Positions 49,693 through 61,492 of a stretch of DNA of 64,000 nt are shown here, piece after piece. The stretch comes from Squalus acanthias (taxonomy: Eukaryota): the NCBI GenBank assembly GCA_030390025.1, contig JASTWF010000036.1, positions 682,001-746,000 of the forward strand, in the 5' to 3' direction. Each line of letters starts with the position of its first letter. The stretch's first letter is position 1. Below the pieces are notes generated by a model. The model had not been told where the DNA came from and ran no database searches. It saw nothing but the letters and a program-made list of their open reading frames with translations. Made by a program: the position numbers and the translations under genes.

Positions 49693-50540
49693 AGTTCCGT
49701 GCCATTCGCAACTCCTCAGATAATGAAGCAGTCCATGCCCGCATGCAGCAAGATCTTGACGACATTCAGGCTTGGGCTGATAAGTGGCAGGTAACATTCG
49801 CGCCACACAAGTGCCGGGCAATGACTATCTCCAACAAGCGCGGGTCTAACCACCTCCCCCTTGACATTCAACGGCATTATCATCGCCGAATTCCCCACCA
49901 TCAACCTCCTGGGGATCACCATTGACCAGAAACTTAACTGGACCAGCCACATAAATACTGTGGCTACAAGAGCAGGTCAGGGGGAGGTTGGGTATTCTGC
50001 GGCGAGTGTCTCACCTCCTGACTCCCCAAAGCCTTTCCACCTTCTACAAGGCACAAGTAAGGAGTGTGGTGGAACACTCTCCACTTGCCTGGATGAGTTG
50101 CAGCTCCGACAACACTCAAGAAGCTCGACACCATCCAGGACAAAGCAGCCCGCTTGATCGGCACCCCATCCACCACCTTAAACATCCACTCCCTCCACCA
50201 CCGGCGCACCGTGGCTGCAGTGTGTACCATCTACAAGATGCACTGCAGCAACTCGCCAAGGCTTCTTCGGCAGCACCTCCCAAACCCGCGACCTCTTCCA
50301 CCTAGAAGGACAAGTGCAGCAGGCGGATGGGAACACCGCCACCTCCAAGTTCCACCTCCAAGTCACACACACCATCCCGACTTGGAAATATATCGGCCGT
50401 TCATCGTCGCTGGGTCAATATCCTGGAACTCCCTCCCTAACAGCACTGAGGGAGCACCTTCACCACATGGGACTGCAGCGGTTCAAGAAGGCGGCTCACC
50501 ACCACCTTCTCAAGGGGCGACCAGGAATGGCCGATAAACA
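49693..50540 (+). mobile_element. CR1/L2-group LINE, second family, 3' part
   Basis: MQQDLDDIQAWADKWQVTFAPHKC...LGITIDQKLNWTSHIN, with frameshifts. Confidence 0.85.
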
Positions 50541-52116
50541 CAGAAGATAGGAGCAGGAGTAGGCCATTTGGCCCCTCGAGCCTGCTCCGCCATTCGATGA
50601 GATCATGGCTGATCATCCAAATTCAGTACCCTGTCCCTGCCTTCTCCCCATATCCCTTGATCCCTTTAGCCTTAAGAAATATATCTAACTCCTTCTTGAA
50701 TATATTTAATGAATTGGCCTCAACTGCCTTCTGTGGTAGAGAATTCCACAGGTTCACCACTCACTGGGTGAAGAAATTCCTCCTCATCTCTGTCCTAAAT
50801 GGCTTACCCCTTTTCCCAATCTATTGCCGTTCAGATAATAATCTGCTTCCTGTTTTTGCCACCAAAGTGGATAACCTCGCATTTATCCACATTATACTGC
50901 ATCTGCCCAATCACCCAACCTGTCCAAATCACACTGTAGTTTCTCTGCATCCTCCTCGCAGCACACACGCCCACCCAGCTTTGTGTCGTCTGCAAACTTG
51001 GAGATATCACATCTAGTTCCCTCGCCTAGATCATTAATATATATTGTGAATAGCGGGGGGTCCTAGCACCGATCCCTGCGGTACCCCACTTGTCACTGCC
51101 TTCCACTCGGAAAAAGACCCGTTTATTCCAACTCTTTGCTTCCTGTCTGCCAACCAGTTCTCTATCCTTGCCAGCGACGCCCACATCCCACGAACGAATT
51201 TAAAAAAAAGTCCCGATAATGCATTACGACAACTGAGCGTGCGTGTAATCTGCCGCTTAAAGTAACGAGACGTAACAAGAGCAAAGAAAGCTGTCCAACA
51301 CACCACACCTCCACTATAAAGCCACACTTGCATGACTATGTCAAGGTGGGACACGAGCACAGTGCTAATATACAGAGGGTCGCACCAGGGACGGACATCG
51401 CTGCTCGGCTCACCAGCACTCGCCTGTGACCCGACCAGACCTGACCGCTTCAACTATTTTTTTTCAATTATAAAAATAGTGTGCGAGTGCAGGTTTAAGC
51501 CTGAAAACCACAAAGGCATAAAGGAACGGAACAAAGGGGGGCTGGGTGAATTCCAGCACTGCTACACACACACAGCCTGCGGTGGAGAACAGTCATCGCG
51601 GACACTCCGAAACACAAGTTTAAAAAAAAAATAAAGAGAGAGAGAAAGAGCTCCAGCGGCTTAATCTGCCGAAAGCAGAAACCTTCTTGCCAGACCATAA
51701 ACCGAAAAAATTAACGGCAAACCGCGACGTCAGACCTTCTCCTTGCGTTAAGGACACGGCGCCAACCCCGAGAGAAACGCGGCGTGCAACATTTCAATTT
51801 CCCACATGTTGCAGCCCCCAGACCCCGCCCCGCCACCCCGCCAAGCACTCTCAGGTCAGGTACAGCAGGAAATTAGGCGCTGCATTGCAGTTCGTTCGAT
51901 CTCTCCTCCCAATAGGCTGTGGCTGTTAGGGGGTCATTTGGAGCTTTAAAGAGGGAGACCGATAGGTTTGTGCAGGTTAAGGGTATCGAGGGGTACGGAG
52001 AAAAGGCGGGCAAGTGGAGTTGAGGTGCAGATCAGACGTGATCAGAGTGAATGGCGGAACAGGCTCGAGGGGGGCTAAATGGCCTCCTCCTGTTCCTAAT
52101 GTAACAGGCTCGAGGG

Positions 52117-52316
52117 NNNNNNNNNNNNNNNNNNNNNNNNNNNNNNNNNNNNNNNNNNNNNNNNNNNNNNNNNNNNNNNNNNNNNNNNNNNNNNNNNNNN
52201 NNNNNNNNNNNNNNNNNNNNNNNNNNNNNNNNNNNNNNNNNNNNNNNNNNNNNNNNNNNNNNNNNNNNNNNNNNNNNNNNNNNNNNNNNNNNNNNNNNNN
52301 NNNNNNNNNNNNNNNN
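52117..52316. other. Assembly gap (200 N)
   Basis: Run of N; the left edge lies inside a 43-bp array. Confidence 1.
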
Positions 52317-52845
52317 CGATATCCCTTTGCAGCCACTTTGCATCCTCCTCACAACTTACATTCCCACCCAGCTTTGCATCATCAGCAAACTTGGACATAT
52401 TACACTGGTCCCTCATCCAAGTCATTGATGTAGATTGTAAATAGCGGAGGCCCAAGCACTGATCCTTGCGGCACCCCACTAGTTACAGCCCGCCGTTCCC
52501 GAAAATGACCCGTTTATTCCTACTCTCTGTTTTCTGTCCGTTAACCAAACCTCAATCCATGCTAACACATTACCCCCAACCTCATCGGACAGCCCTCTCA
52601 TCCCAGGAACCAGTCTGGTGAACCTTCGTTGCACTCCCTCTCAAGGCAAGTATGTCCTTCCTCAGGCAAGGAGGCCAAAACTGTGCGCAGTGCTCCAGGT
52701 GTGTTGTCTCACCAACGCCCTGTACAACTGCGGCAAGACTTCCTCACTCGATTGAAACATTCTTTTGCTGGTGAGCTGGGAGCCCCGACGAGACATGGAA
52801 CAGGTGGCGATGGTGAAGAGGAAGGAGAGGGGAGGTTGGTCATAC

Positions 52846-52890
52846 CTTTCATCACGTTGTCCACACACAGGTTGTTCGTCTTCTCAAGAT
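52846..52890 (-). CDS. Candidate 45-nt ARHGAP9 exon (xLEKTNNLCVDNVMKx), or a 5' UTR exon
   Basis: Branch-like CTAAT, acceptor ccttccgcAG and donor AAG|GTatga. Open only as phase 1-1; its phase-1 downstream partner was not found. Confidence 0.45.
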
Positions 52891-53394
52891 CTGCGGAAGG
52901 ATCGATATTTAATTAGCAAAAACAAAGTCTTTGTTCCATTTCTCAAACTGAGAGAATTAATTTTTTCTGGGCCTCCCCCCACCCCCCCTCCAACCTCGAA
53001 GGCGACGTCTCCAATCACTGGGGTCTGCGGACACTGAGGGCGATCCTCTGCTCTACTCTCGCACGTGCGTTGCTGGAGTGTAACGATCCCTAACCCAAGG
53101 GGTTCAGTGGCAAATTATCGTCACACTCCCTCTCCCCCCCGTACCCCAACCTCTGCCTGGCTGAGATCAAAGAAAGGAAGACTTGCATTTCTCCGGCGCC
53201 TTTCACCACCTCAGGACGTCCCGATGCGCTTTACAGACAATGAAGTACATATTTTGAAGTGGAGTCACTGTTGTAATGTAGGAAACGCGGAGGCCAATTT
53301 GCGCACAGCAAGCTCCCACAAACAGCGATGTGATAAATGACCAGATCATCTGTTTTTTAGTGATGTTGGTCGAGAGATAAATATTGACCCCCAG

Positions 53395-54880
53395 GACATA
53401 AGAAATAGGAGCAGGAGCAGGCCATTCGGCCCCTCGAACCTGCTCCGCCATTTAATGAGATCGTGGCTCATCCGATTTTAGCCCCAACTCCACTTTCCTG
53501 CCTGTTCCCCCATAACCCTAGACTCCCCTGTTGCTCAAAAATCTGTCCATCTCAGCCTTGAATATATTCAATGACTCAGCCTCCACAGCTCTCTGGGGTA
53601 GAGAATTCCACAGATTCACCGCCCTCAGAGAGGAAATTCCTCCTCATCTCCGTCTGAAATGGGTGCCCCCTTATTCTGAAACTATGCCCCCTCGTTCTAG
53701 ATTCCCCCACGAGGGGAAACATCCTCTCAGCATCCACCCTGTCCAACCCCCTCAGAATCTTATATGATTCAATAAGATCACCTCTCATTCTTCTAAACTC
53801 CAATGAGTATAGGCCCAACCTGCTCAACCTTTCCTCATAAGACGACCCCTTCATCCCGGGAATCAACCTGGTGAACCTTCTCTGAACTGCCTCCAATGCA
53901 AGTATATCCTTCCTTAAATAAGGGGAGCAAACCTGTCCGCAGTACTCCAGGTGTGGTCTCACCAGCGCCCCGTACAGTTTTAGCAAGACTTCCCTACTTT
54001 TATACTCCATCCCCCTTGGAATAAAGGCCAACATTCCATTTGCCTTCCTAATTACTTGCTGCACCTGCATGTTAACTTGCTGTGTTTCATGTAAGAGGAC
54101 CCCCAGATCTCTTTGTACCGCCACATTCTGTAGTCTTTCTCCATTTAAATAATATTTTTCTTTTCTAGTCTTCCTACCAAAGTGGATAACCTCACATTTT
54201 CCCACATTATACTCCATCTGCCAAATTCTTGCCCACTCACTTAACCTATCTATATCCCTTTGCAGACTCTTTATGTCCTCCTCACAACTTGCTTTCCCAC
54301 CTATCTTTGTATCATCCGCAAATTTGGCTACAATACACTCGCTTCCCTTCATCCAAGTCATTAATATAGATTGAAAATAGTTGAGGCCCCAGCACTGATC
54401 CCTGCGGCACCCCACTAGTTACAGATTGCCATCCTGAAAATGACCCATTTATCCCGACTCTCTGTTGTCTGTTAGTTAGCCAATCCTCTATCCAATCTAA
54501 TATATTATCTCCAACACCATGCGCTCTTATCTTATGCAGTAATCTTTTATGTGGCAGCTTGTCGAATGCCTTTTGGAAATCCAAATACACTACATCTACT
54601 GGTTCCCTTTTATCCACCCTGCTCGTTACCTCCTCAAAGAACTCTAATAGATTTGTCAAACACGATTTCCCTTTCATAAAACCATGTTGACTCTGCTTGA
54701 TTGTATTATGATTTTCTAAATGCCCTGCTACTACTTCCTTAATAATGGATTCGAGCATTTTGCCAATGACAGACGTTAGGCTAACTGGCCTATAGTTTCC
54801 TGCTTTCTGTCTCCCTCCTTTCTTGAATAAGGGCGATTTTTCCAATCCGCTGGGACTTTTCCCAAAATCAAGGGAATTTT
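53395..54880 (-). mobile_element. CR1 LINE, longest fragment: RT domain to 3' UTR, with one frameshift in RT
   Basis: [44 protein letters not shown]. Confidence 0.95.
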
Positions 54881-55825
54881 GACGCCGGGGGAGAACTCCC
54901 CTGCTCTTCTTCGAAATAGCGGCCGGTGGGAACTTTTTCATTTATCACGTTGCTGTTTTGTGGGAGCTTGCTGTGCGCAATTGGGCTGCCGCGTTTCCTA
55001 CATTACAACAGTGACTACACTTCAAAAAAAGCACTTCATTGGCTGTAAAGCGCTTTGGGATGTCCGGAGGCCGTGAGGAATGCGAGTTCCTTTCTTTAAT
55101 TGCTTTGTTCCATTGCGGTACCGCCACTGGCCGTTCTGCCTCAGCGACGTGTCCCGATCTCGGAGGGTTAAAGGTTAACGACCTTGAGAATAAGAGCGAG
55201 GGGGGGGGGTCACTCGGGCCATCTCAAAAGAGGACTTTGGGTTGACAACTTAGTCGGGCCGTATTCTGGGAGGTTCCATCACATAAACGCCCCCGCCTTC
55301 CCCCAACCCCCAACCCCCTCCTCCGACCGCCCCGCCCCCCACTCTCCTCCCACTGCGCTTCACTGGAACAGTGTCAGAGGCCGAGGTCAGAGTGCGAGCA
55401 GGAGCGGAGAATTAAAACGACAGGCGACCGGAAGCTCGGGGTCACGCTTGCGGACTGAACCGAACTGAATATTAATTCGTATTTGGAGCCAGCAGTCGCA
55501 ATATATTTCATTTCGCACATTTGATAGCATTAATTAAAAAATAAACCTAACCATCAACATCCTGGAGGGGGGTCACCATTGACCAGAAACTTAACTGGAC
55601 CAGCCACATAAATACTGTGGCAACAAGAGCAGGTCAGAGGCTGGGTATTCTGCGGCGAGTGACTCACCTCCTGACTCCCCAAAGGCCTTTCCACCATCTA
55701 CAAGGCACAAGTCAGGAGTGTGATGGAATACGCTCCACTTGCCTGGATGAGTTGCAGCTCCGACAACACTCGAGAAGCTCGACACCATCCAGGACAAAGC
55801 AGCCCGCTTGATTGGCACCCCATCC

Positions 55826-56060
55826 CTTCTTCTTAGGCAGTCCCTCGGAACCGAGGATGACTTGCTTCCACATTAAAAATTAGTTCGCAGGTGACTGATG
55901 AGTCCAATGCAGGACCTACAGTCTCTGTCACAGGTGGGGCAGACGATGGTTGAAGGGGCGGGTGGGTGGGGTGCTTGGGCTGCCTGCGCTTGGCTTCCGC
56001 TTGCTCCCGGCGAAGAGATTCGAGGTGTTCGGCGCCTTCCCGGATGCTTCTCCTCCACTA
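55826..56060 (-). mobile_element. RTE-clade 3' fragment nested in another LINE
   Basis: CPTCDRDCRSCIGLISHLRT and the ggactgcctaagaagaag end. Confidence 0.85.
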
Positions 56061-56667
56061 CCACCTTAAACATTCACTCCCTCCACCACCGGCGCACCGT
56101 GGCTGCAGGGTGTACCATCTACAAGATGCACTGCAGCAACTCGCCAAGGCTCCTTCGGCAGCACCTCCCAAACCCGCGACCTCTTCCACCTAGAAGGACA
56201 AGGGCAGCAGGCGCATGGGAACACCGCCACCTCCAAGTTCCCCTCCAAGTCACACACCATCCTGACTCGGAAATATATCGGCCGTTCTTTCATCGTCACT
56301 GAGTCAGAATCCTGGAACTCCCTCCCTAACAGCACTGTGGGGCCACCTTCACCACACGGACTGCAGCGGTTCAAGAAGGCGGCTCACCACCTCCTTCTCA
56401 AGGGCGATTAGAGGACAGGCAATAAATACTGACCTTACCGGGGACACCCACATCCCATAAAACGAATTTAAAAAAAGTTAAAAGAGACATAATTCTGCTT
56501 GAAAGGTAAAAGTTAAGGGAGGAGGCATGGGGAAAATAAATTGAACGGAGTGGAGGAGACAGAAGAGAGACAAAGGGGTTAAGTAAGAAAAGGGAGATTA
56601 ATTTAATTTATAACGTATATAATTAAAAAAAAACATTTTCAGTATTAAACAAAGGGACCAGACTTAC

Positions 56668-56800
56668 TGTGGCGTTGCATTGGTGGTTTAGATGGGGCCA
56701 CTTGCGGATCTGCAGCTGATTTCTTGGGGAGAGCTGAGATTTCATTTTCCACATTGTTCGAGTTCTGGCGAGTCGGATATGCCTGGGCATTCCCCCTTGC
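56668..56800 (-). other. Candidate first exon of ARHGAP9 (5' limit uncertain)
   Basis: Donor CA|GTAAGT at 56667, directly downstream of a CCAAT/GC/PBX-type promoter cluster. ATGs are present in both phase-0 and phase-1 frames. Confidence 0.5.
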
Positions 56801-56824
56801 GCTGCAGCCGGCGAGTCCCGGGGA

Positions 56825-57000
56825 GGCGGTGATTGACGGCGCGGGCGGGCCAATCAGCGCCACCGCCCAGTCCCCGCCAACCAATGGCAGCGGCGCAGGG
56901 GGTAAGGATGGGGGCGGGAGCTGGCCTTTGATTGACAGCCGGGCTGTTTGATTGACAGCCCGGAGGGGCCGGGCCAGTAACCAATCCCCATGACTCAAGA
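56825..57000. promoter_or_regulatory. CpG-rich promoter with three CCAAT boxes, GC boxes, two TGATTGACAG decamers plus TGATTGACGG, and an AP-1 site
   Basis: Motifs read directly: gccaatc, accaatg, accaatc, ggggcggga, tgattgacag twice, tgactca. Confidence 0.75.
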
Positions 57001-57269
57001 AGGTGCAGCATAAGCATGATGCAACTGCAATGCAATTTACAGGAAGGGATTTAATAAAAGAGGGACAGGGAGAATGAGGAGAGTTCTGCTTAAAGAAAAT
57101 TCCCCAATCTGCAGGCTGCATGTCATAAAACTGCAAATTGGTTGGGGGCAGGATTTGCAATTTAAAATGCGTGGCAAATACACAGACACACACCCTGAAA
57201 CATTAACCCTGCATTGTCCAGAATCCTCAGACACATCCTTCTGATTCAACCCTCAGCTGTGGCTCACTG

Positions 57270-58800
57270 TCTGCACTGTCGGAGGGCCGGTACTGAGGGA
57301 GCGCTGCACTGTCAGAGGGGCAGTACTGAGGGAGCGCCGCACTGTCGGAGGGTCGGTACTGAGGGAGCGCCGCACTGTCGGAGGGGCGGTACTGAGGGAG
57401 CGCCGCACTGTCGGAGGGGCGGTACTGAGGGAGCGCCGCACTGTTGGAGGGGCGGTACTGAGGGAGCGCCGCACTGTCGGAGGGGCGGTACTGAGGGAGC
57501 GCCGCACTGTCGGAGGGGCGGTACTGAGGGAGCGCCGCACTGTCGGAGGGGCGGTACTGAGGGAGCGCCGCACTGTCGGAGGGGCGGTACTGAGGGAGCG
57601 CTGCACTGTCGGGCAGTACTGAGGGAGCGCCGCACTGTCAGAGGGGCAGTACTGAGGGAGCGCCGCACTGTCGGGCAGTACTGAGGGAGCGCCGCACTGT
57701 CGGAGGGGCGGTACTGAGGGAGCGCCGCACTGTTGGAGGGGCGGTACTGAGGGAGTGCCGCACTGTCGGAGGGGCGGTACTGAGGGAGCGCCGCACTGTC
57801 AGAGGGGCGGTACTGAGGGAGCGCCGCACTGTCGGAGGGGCGGTACTGAGGGAGCGCCGCACTGTCGGAGGGGCAGTACTGAGGGAGCGCCGCACTGTCG
57901 GAGGGGCAGTACTGAGGGAGCACCGCACTGTCGGAGGGGCGGAACTGAGGGAGCGCTGCACTGTCGGAGGGGCGGTACTGAGGGAGCGCTGCACTGTCGG
58001 AGGGGCAGTACTGAAGGAGCGCTGCACTGTCAGAGGGGCGGTACTGAGGGAGCGCTGCACTGTCGGAGGGGCAGTACTGAGGGAGCGCTGCACTGTCAGA
58101 TGGGCAGTACTGAGGGAGCGCCGCACTGTCGGAGGGGTGGTTCTGAGGGAGCGCTACACTGTTGGGGGCAGTACTGAGGGAGCGCCGCACTGTTGGGGGC
58201 AGTACTGAGGGAGCGCTGGACTGTTGGAGGGGCAGTACTGAGGGTGCGCCACACTGTCGGAGGGGCGGTACTGAGGGAGCGCCGCACTGTCGGAGGGTCA
58301 GTACTGAGGGAGCACCGCACTGTCGGGGGGTGGTACTGAGGGAGAGTCGCACTGTCGGAGGGGCAGTACTGAGGGAGCGCTGCACTGTCGGAGGGGCGGT
58401 ACTGAGGGAGCGCCACACTGTCGGAGGGTCAGTACTGAGGGAGCGCCGCACTGTCGGAGGGGCAGTACTGAGGGAGCGCCGCACTGTCGGAGGGGCAGTA
58501 CTGAGGGAGCGCCGCACTGTCGGAGGGGCGGTACTGAGGGAGCGCCGCACTGTTGGAGGGGCAGTACTGAGGGAGCGCAGCACTGTCGGAGGAGCAGTAC
58601 TGAGGGAGCGCCGCACTGTCGGAGGGGCGGTACTGAGGGAGCCCCGCACTGTCGGAGGGGCAGTACTGAGGGAGCGCCGCACTGTCGGAGGGGCAGTACT
58701 GAGGGAGCGCCGCACTGTCGGAGGGGCAGTACTGAGGGAGACCCGCACTGTCGGAGGGGCGGTACTGAGGGAGCGCCGCACTGTCGGAGGGGCAGTGCTG
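57270..58800 (+). repeat. 33-bp SINE-derived minisatellite, about 46 units
   Basis: Reverse complement of the unit above; preceded by a SINE head remnant cagctgtggctca. Confidence 0.93.
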
Positions 58801-58804
58801 ATGT

Positions 58805-59300
58805 AAGCTTTGGGGTTGATGTGAGAAGCCCTGATGCCACGTGGCTGCCATCTGCGATGCCCTGCACTCTGGAATCCCAGCTTGGCAAAAGTTCTGTATC
58901 CTGTGCAGCTGATGCCTCCTTTCCGTAGGGAAAGCGATGATGGTGTCCCTTTCAAGTATTGTGTCCGTCACTTATTTGATGCATCTGTGGCTAGCTGATG
59001 TGCTAACTTGGCAGGTGTCCCCTATGGTGGCTTGGAAGGATCCAGTGGCATCAAAGTTTAATGTGGTAGGTGACCCTCACAGCTATGGGAAGAGCCGACC
59101 CTGTTGTAGGAGTTGTCTGCAGGACAGCTTGGGGCAGATGACTTAGCTCAGTGACAGCCTCTCCTGCAAAGCAAAGATCTAATTGAGTGGCGGAACAGGC
59201 TCGAGGGGCCTCCTGTTCCTATGTTCCTAAAGATGGCGAGGACACATCTCCTCTGATATGCCCAGGTAGGAGTGTCCAGGGTCTCTGAGCTAATAATGGG
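58805..59300 (-). pseudogene. Degenerate PIF/Harbinger (HARBI1-like) DDE transposase fragment
   Basis: Manual translation with frameshifts and a stop: ALPIAVRVT/TTLNFDATGSFQATIGDTCQVSTSASHRCIK*VTD...AFP...AGI/RVQGIADGSHVA. Confidence 0.8.
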
Positions 59301-59377
59301 TGCAGATATAGCACCTTCTTTGGTCACACCTGACTTTACTGTCCCCTAATAAACTCCTCTTTCATCATCCAGCCATG

Positions 59378-59800
59378 TCAGCTGTGACTCAGTGGTAGCA
59401 CTCCTGTGTCTGAGTCAGAAAGTTGTGGGTTCAAGTCCCCACTCCAGAGACTTGAACACATAATCCAGACTGACACTCCCAGTGCATTGTCAGAGGTGCT
59501 GTCTTTCAGATGAGAAGTTAAACTAGGCCCAATCTGCACTCTCAGGTGGATGTAAGATATCCCATGGCACTATTTGAAGAAGAGCAGTGGTGTTCTCCTG
59601 GCCAATATTTATCCCTCAACCACTAAAACAGATGATCTGGTCATTATTGCATTGCTGTTTGTGGGAGCTTGCTGTGTGCAAATTAGGTCCCATGTTTCCT
59701 ACATTACAACAGTGACTACACTTCAAAAAGTACTTCATTGGCTGTAAAGCGCTTTGGGGCGTCCTGAGGTTGTGAAAGGCGCTATAGAAATGCAGGTCTT
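59378..59800 (+). mobile_element. DeuSINE, full length, CpG-decayed, no array
   Basis: tRNA-like head, Deu domain and tail. Confidence 0.85.
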
Positions 59801-60429
59801 TAACGCTGATACTGAGTGGGGAAAGTGTTCCATTTCCCAGCACTGAGATATTTCACCTTCACAAAAGCTAATGTGAATATGACAAATCAGAGCCCTCTCC
59901 AGTTTCATTTCAAAAGAGACCCTAGCCTAGAATTTCCAATCGAAATAACTTTAACCCCAGCAGCAACTCATTTAAAATAACACTGATCAGAAAATACAGG
60001 CTTCTGTGTTTAAATATTTTGTTGTGGGAATATATAGCTTGCCAGGATTGTAGCCACTTTAAATTGTTTACTGCTAGGTCCTTCTGTAGTTCCTTGGCTG
60101 CCCTTCCCCTGCTAGTTTAGTATTTATTATCTGTAAAATTTGATAGAATTGCATTAAGTTTCTGAATCAAGGTTACAAGTAGGATGGGTGAGAGGCATTT
60201 TTTTTTTAATTCACTCAATTATTCTCATTCATTATTTTATCCATAAATAGCACCCCGGAAGATCCATTAGTAGGTTTAAGAAATTCTTCTTTTTGAATAG
60301 GCACATCGACCAATAAGTCGGAAAGTTTAAAATTTGTCCAGAGTGGTAAGCCATTCTGAGAGTCAAGTTATAGCATGCATATAAGGAGAAGCAATAGGTT
60401 TAAAGAAGATTGAATTAACTTCTTTTCAG

Positions 60430-60858
60430 GTCAGCCGTGGCTCAGTGGGTAGCACCCTCGCCTCTGAGTCAGAAGGTCGTGGGTTCATAGTCCCACTCCA
60501 GGGACTTGAGCACAAAATCTAGGCTGACACTCCAGTGGAGTGCTGCAGTGTCAGAGGTGCCGTCTTTCGGATGAGATGTTAAACCGAGGCCCTGTCTGCT
60601 CTCTCAGGTGGATGTAAAAGATCTCATGGCACTATTTTGAAGAAGAGCAGGGGAGTTCTCCCTGGTGTCCTGGGGCCAATATTTATCCCTCAACCAACAT
60701 CACTAAAACAGATGATCTGGTCATTATCACATTGCTGTTTGTGGGATCTTGCTGTGTGCAAATTGGTTGCTGTGTTTCCTGCATTACAGCAGTTTCAAAA
60801 AAGTACTGCTTTGGGATGTTAGGTGGTAGTGAAAGGTGCTATAGAAATGCAAGTCTTA
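60430..60858 (+). mobile_element. DeuSINE, full length, with a single partial copy of the 33-bp motif
   Basis: gccgtggctcagtgggtagc head; gccgtctttcggatgagatgttaaaccgagg Deu domain. Confidence 0.9.
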
Positions 60859-60890
60859 CTTAATATATTGTCAGGCAAAGAATTCCAGGA

Positions 60891-61021
60891 CACAATAGCA
60901 AAATACTGCGAATGCAGGAAATCCGAAATAACAACAGAAAACGCTGGAAAAACTCAGCAGGCCAGGCAGCATCCCTGGAGAGAGAAACAGAGTTAACGTT
61001 TCAGGTCGATGACCCTTCGTC
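60891..61021 (-). mobile_element. 131-bp Penelope-like terminal fragment, family B, with hammerhead
   Basis: Flanked by AGAATTCCAGGA at 60879-60890 and 61022-61033; core intact. Confidence 0.8.
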
Positions 61022-61399
61022 AGAATTCCAGGAAACTGACAGCACACGCCAATGTCCAGGCCCCGCCCCTCCAGATGGGGATTGCAGTGCAATGTATTAT
61101 ACAACGTTTATAATGGGTTTTCTTTAGTTTATGAATCAGGGTTGCAGTGTTAAAACATATTTTACAGTGCAGTATTAATGCATCGGTTACCTTTCTGTAA
61201 TTACATAGCAGAAATTGCGCGACAATTCTGCAAGATAGACCACAATTCCTAAACTCAACATGCGCTAATTTCTTCCTTGGATTGTAATGAATTGTATTTA
61301 CTGGGTACTGCATTCGATATCATGCGCGGTCAATCTGCTTGCTCGACCATGCAAAAAGGCACAAAAAGAACAGCCCCCTTCCTCGCAGACGAAGGGTTG

Positions 61400-61492
61400 G
61401 AGCGGTACTTCCGTTCTGTGAGTGACAGCGGACTCTTGATTGACAGGCGTTGGCAGACACTGGCCGGGCTCTCAGTTTGGTGCGGGTCAGGC
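61400..61492 (+). promoter_or_regulatory. Promoter/5' UTR of the DUF1295 gene with ETS (ACTTCCG) and PBX-PREP-type TGAGTGACAG and TGATTGACAG motifs
   Basis: Motifs clustered 45-90 nt upstream of the ATG, in locally CpG-rich sequence. Confidence 0.65.

Noticed and set aside
51414..51440. Possible 27-nt micro-exon with a GTGAG donor
   Set aside because: The acceptor lacks a pyrimidine tract.
60433..60505. tRNA-like sequences (also near 13690-13755, 27800, 33100, 49075 and 59380)
   Set aside because: SINE heads with A/B boxes; no full cloverleaf, and most continue into SINE bodies.
61277..61492. 5' extension of the 131-aa ORF upstream of the DUF1295 ATG
   Set aside because: It runs through promoter motifs. 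The ATG at 61493 has the better context, and the 3' part of the ORF reads past the donor into intron.
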